This document shows positions 61,490 to 64,000 of a DNA stretch of 64,000 nt, piece after piece; within the stretch, counting starts at the first letter, position 1; every line of letters starts with the position of its first letter. The translations under genes and the position numbers were made by a program. The notes under the pieces are model-generated. The model saw nothing but the letters and a program-made list of their open reading frames with translations, was not told where the DNA came from and made no database searches. This stretch comes from Bacteroidota bacterium (GTDB lineage Bacteria; Bacteroidota; Bacteroidia; NS11-12g; UBA955): positions 17,334 to 81,333 of the forward strand of contig JAGXTF010000059.1 in assembly GCA_018333525.1 (NCBI GenBank). The letters are read 5' to 3'.

Positions 61490-63403
61490 ATGGTGCCCAA
61501 TTTTCAAATTCATTCCAAAGAGGATTATCATCGGATTTACGAACAAAGTCGGTTAGATCCGGAAGGTTTCTGGAAACGGATTGCTGAAGAATTTTATTGG
61601 CAAAAAAAATGGGACAAGACTCTGGAATGGAATTTTGATGCCCCTGAAATAAAATGGTTTGCCGGAGGGAAATTAAATATTACAGAGAATTGTATAGACC
61701 GTCATTTAGCGGACAAAAGCGACCAGCCTGCAATTATCTGGGAACCCAATAATCCGAGTGAAAATACCAGAACTATTTCCTACAAAGAATTGCATAATGA
61801 TGTTTGCAAATTTGCCTGGGTTTTACAAAAAAACGGAGTTAAAAAAGGGGATCGCGTTTTAATTTATATGGGTATGGTGCCGGAGCTTGCCATGGCACTA
61901 TTGGCTTGTGCCAGAATTGGTGCCATACACAGTGTGGTATTCGGTGGATTCAGTGCACAGAGTATTTCGGACCGATTACACGATGCGAAATCAGAATTTA
62001 TTATCACCCAGGATGGTACTTACCGCGGTGCCAAAGTAATTCCATTAAAACCAACGATGGACGATGCTTTGGTGAATTGCGATTTTGTAAAAAAGGTTTT
62101 TGTGTTGGCCAGAACTAATAATCCTGTGAGTATGATTCGCGACAGAGATGTATGGCTGGAAGAAGAATTATCCGGAGTTTCAGAAGAGGATTTCCCTGCA
62201 GAAATAATGGATGCCGAAGATCCATTATTTATTCTTTACACCAGTGGAAGTACAGGAAAACCAAAAGGCGTGGTGCACACAACAGCGGGATATATGGTTT
62301 GGACCGCCTATTCATTTTCCAATGTATTTCAATACCAACCCGGTGAAATTCATTTTTGCACTGCAGATATTGGTTGGATTACTGGTCATAGTTATATCGT
62401 TTATGGCCCGTTGTGTATGGGTGCAACCAGTTTGATGTTTGAAGGAATTCCTACATATCCGGACGCAGGAAGGTTTTGGGAAATTGTAGAAAAACATCAG
62501 GTCAATATTCTATATACAGCACCAACAGCGATTCGCAGTTTAATGGCATTTGACAAAAATCACATTCATCGAAATAATCTCGACAGTTTGCGTGTGTTGG
62601 GAACCGTTGGTGAACCCATCAATGAGGAAGCATGGCAATGGTATTTTAAGAATATAGGCAAGGAAGAATGTCCGGTAGTTGACACCTGGTGGCAAACAGA
62701 AACAGGTGGAATTCTCATCAGCAATTTGGCTGATATCACTCCCGCAATTCCAACCATGGCAACCTTGCCTTTGCCGGGCGTATTTCCTTTGCTGGTGGAT
62801 GAATCGGGTAAAGAAATTGCAGCGGATTCGGAAAAAACCGTAAGTGGCAATTTATGTATTCGTTTCCCCTGGCCCGGTATGCTGCGCACTACCTGGGGAG
62901 ATCATGAGCGTTGCCGAACCAATTATTTTGCAACTTATCCGGGTTTGTATTTCACTGGTGATGGCGCCATGCGGGATCCTCAGGGGAATTACAGAATTAC
63001 AGGTCGTGTAGACGATGTTCTGAATGTAAGTGGACATAGAATTGGCACCGCCGAAGTGGAAAATGCCATAAATATGCACACCGGCGTAACAGAAAGTGCG
63101 GTAGTTGGATATCCGCATGACATCAAGGGACAGGGAATATATGCTTATGTAATTTTCAATCATCTGCATGTTGATGAAGAAGTAACCCGGAGAGATTTAT
63201 TAGAAACAGTTACCAGAGTTATTGGACCCATTGCAAAGCCCGATAAAATTCAATTTGTAAGTGGTTTGCCCAAAACCCGAAGCGGCAAAATAATGCGGCG
63301 AATTTTGAGAAAAATTGCGGAAGGAGAAACAGAGAATTTAGGGGATACTACTACCCTGCTGGATCCGCAAATAGTGGAAGAAATTGTGAAGGGGAAAATG
63401 TAA
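61490..63403 (+). CDS. acs: acetate--CoA ligase
   Basis: Motifs YTSGSTGKPKG, DIGWITGHSY, DTWWQTETGG, GRVDD, PKTRSGKIMRR. Confidence 0.97.
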   Translation: MVPNFQIHSKEDYHRIYEQSRLDPEGFWKRIAEEFYWQKKWDKTLEWNFDAPEIKWFAGGKLNITENCIDRHLADKSDQPAIIWEPNNPSENTRTISYKELHNDVCKFAWVLQKNGVKKGDRVLIYMGMVPELAMALLACARIGAIHSVVFGGFSAQSISDRLHDAKSEFIITQDGTYRGAKVIPLKPTMDDALVNCDFVKKVFVLARTNNPVSMIRDRDVWLEEELSGVSEEDFPAEIMDAEDPLFILYTSGSTGKPKGVVHTTAGYMVWTAYSFSNVFQYQPGEIHFCTADIGWITGHSYIVYGPLCMGATSLMFEGIPTYPDAGRFWEIVEKHQVNILYTAPTAIRSLMAFDKNHIHRNNLDSLRVLGTVGEPINEEAWQWYFKNIGKEECPVVDTWWQTETGGILISNLADITPAIPTMATLPLPGVFPLLVDESGKEIAADSEKTVSGNLCIRFPWPGMLRTTWGDHERCRTNYFATYPGLYFTGDGAMRDPQGNYRITGRVDDVLNVSGHRIGTAEVENAINMHTGVTESAVVGYPHDIKGQGIYAYVIFNHLHVDEEVTRRDLLETVTRVIGPIAKPDKIQFVSGLPKTRSGKIMRRILRKIAEGETENLGDTTTLLDPQIVEEIVKGKM

Positions 63404-63581
63404 TACTATTCGAATACCAAGCTTTCGGATTATGAAATGAGAAAGAGTATTTAAGGACCCAAATCATCAGTAATACCTTTTAATATTTCCAACTGATCAA
63501 TTATCTATCCCTCTCCAATAATGGATTTCAGATATTTGGTCAGACTACATTTGTCAAAACAAAATCTTTTATAAGTGCAAA

Positions 63582-63621
63582 AAAAAACCCTGCACTGCAA
63601 TCTGCAGTTTCAGGGTTTTTT
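63582..63621. terminator. bidirectional intrinsic terminator
   Basis: AAAAAACCCTG-CA-CTGCA-ATC-TGCAG-TTT-CAGGGTTTTTT with A and T runs on both sides. Confidence 0.75.
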
Positions 63622-63642
63622 ATTCATGTTGCTAAACCTTGT

Positions 63643-63747
63643 TTAGCTGTGTTGGTTTTTATTGCTTTCCAAAATGCGAACCAGTCCAAAGATGGCTCCA
63701 ATGGTGGCAACTATACCGATGAATAAGAAAAGGTACATGTCTTCCAT
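63643..63747 (-). CDS. putative 34-aa single-pass membrane microprotein
   Basis: MEDMYLFLFIGIVATIGAIFGLVRILESNKNQHS; the stop is 21 bp before a terminator. Confidence 0.5.
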   Translation of the reverse strand: MEDMYLFLFIGIVATIGAIFGLVRILESNKNQHS

Positions 63748-64000
63748 AGGCTGAGGGATTAAATGATATTCCGAAGTAAAGAAAAAAAAGTCAAAAAACA
63801 AAAAAAAGTTTGGGAAATCACATTTTTTTAATATACTACGAGGCAAATTTTGAATATTTATTCTATTGCAACCATTTTGAAACTATTTCTCCGAACAATA
63901 AGCTGCTAAAGGGTTTCCAAACGGGACTACAGGTCATTTTAGAACGCGATACTGTAGATTTTAGAGCCCCTGAGTCACGGATCATTTTTTAACCGTCCAA

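Overview
AT-rich chromosomal segment of a gliding Bacteroidota bacterium, inferred from gldA-gldF-gldG, ruvA-sprA, porZ, ubiE-porT, T9SS C-terminal sorting domains and many TAnnTTTG -7 promoter boxes. Most of the window is housekeeping genes: lptF/G fragment, tgt, menG/ubiE, engB, hisS-hutH, ferritin, TlpA, trxB, PpiD-like PPIase, PGI/PMI and acs. It also has an ArsR-SRPBCC-VOC operon and a kinase-Hpt-regulator phosphorelay. Two things stand out. (1) A 14.4-kb tandem array of five paralogous, Cys-rich, apparently mosaic T9SS cargo proteins sits directly upstream of gldAFG and near a TMTC-like glycosyltransferase. (2) A REP-associated HUH tyrosine transposase (RAYT) lies among seven 48-bp bulged-hairpin repeats of two subtypes. 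All seven keep a GC-GNA-GC mini-hairpin and lack the usual GTAG tag, and one inter-repeat spacer is inverted. A second, structurally analogous repeat lies at 12.7-12.9 kb. I saw no rRNA, tRNA or CRISPR array. All calls come from motif recognition by eye; no searches were run.
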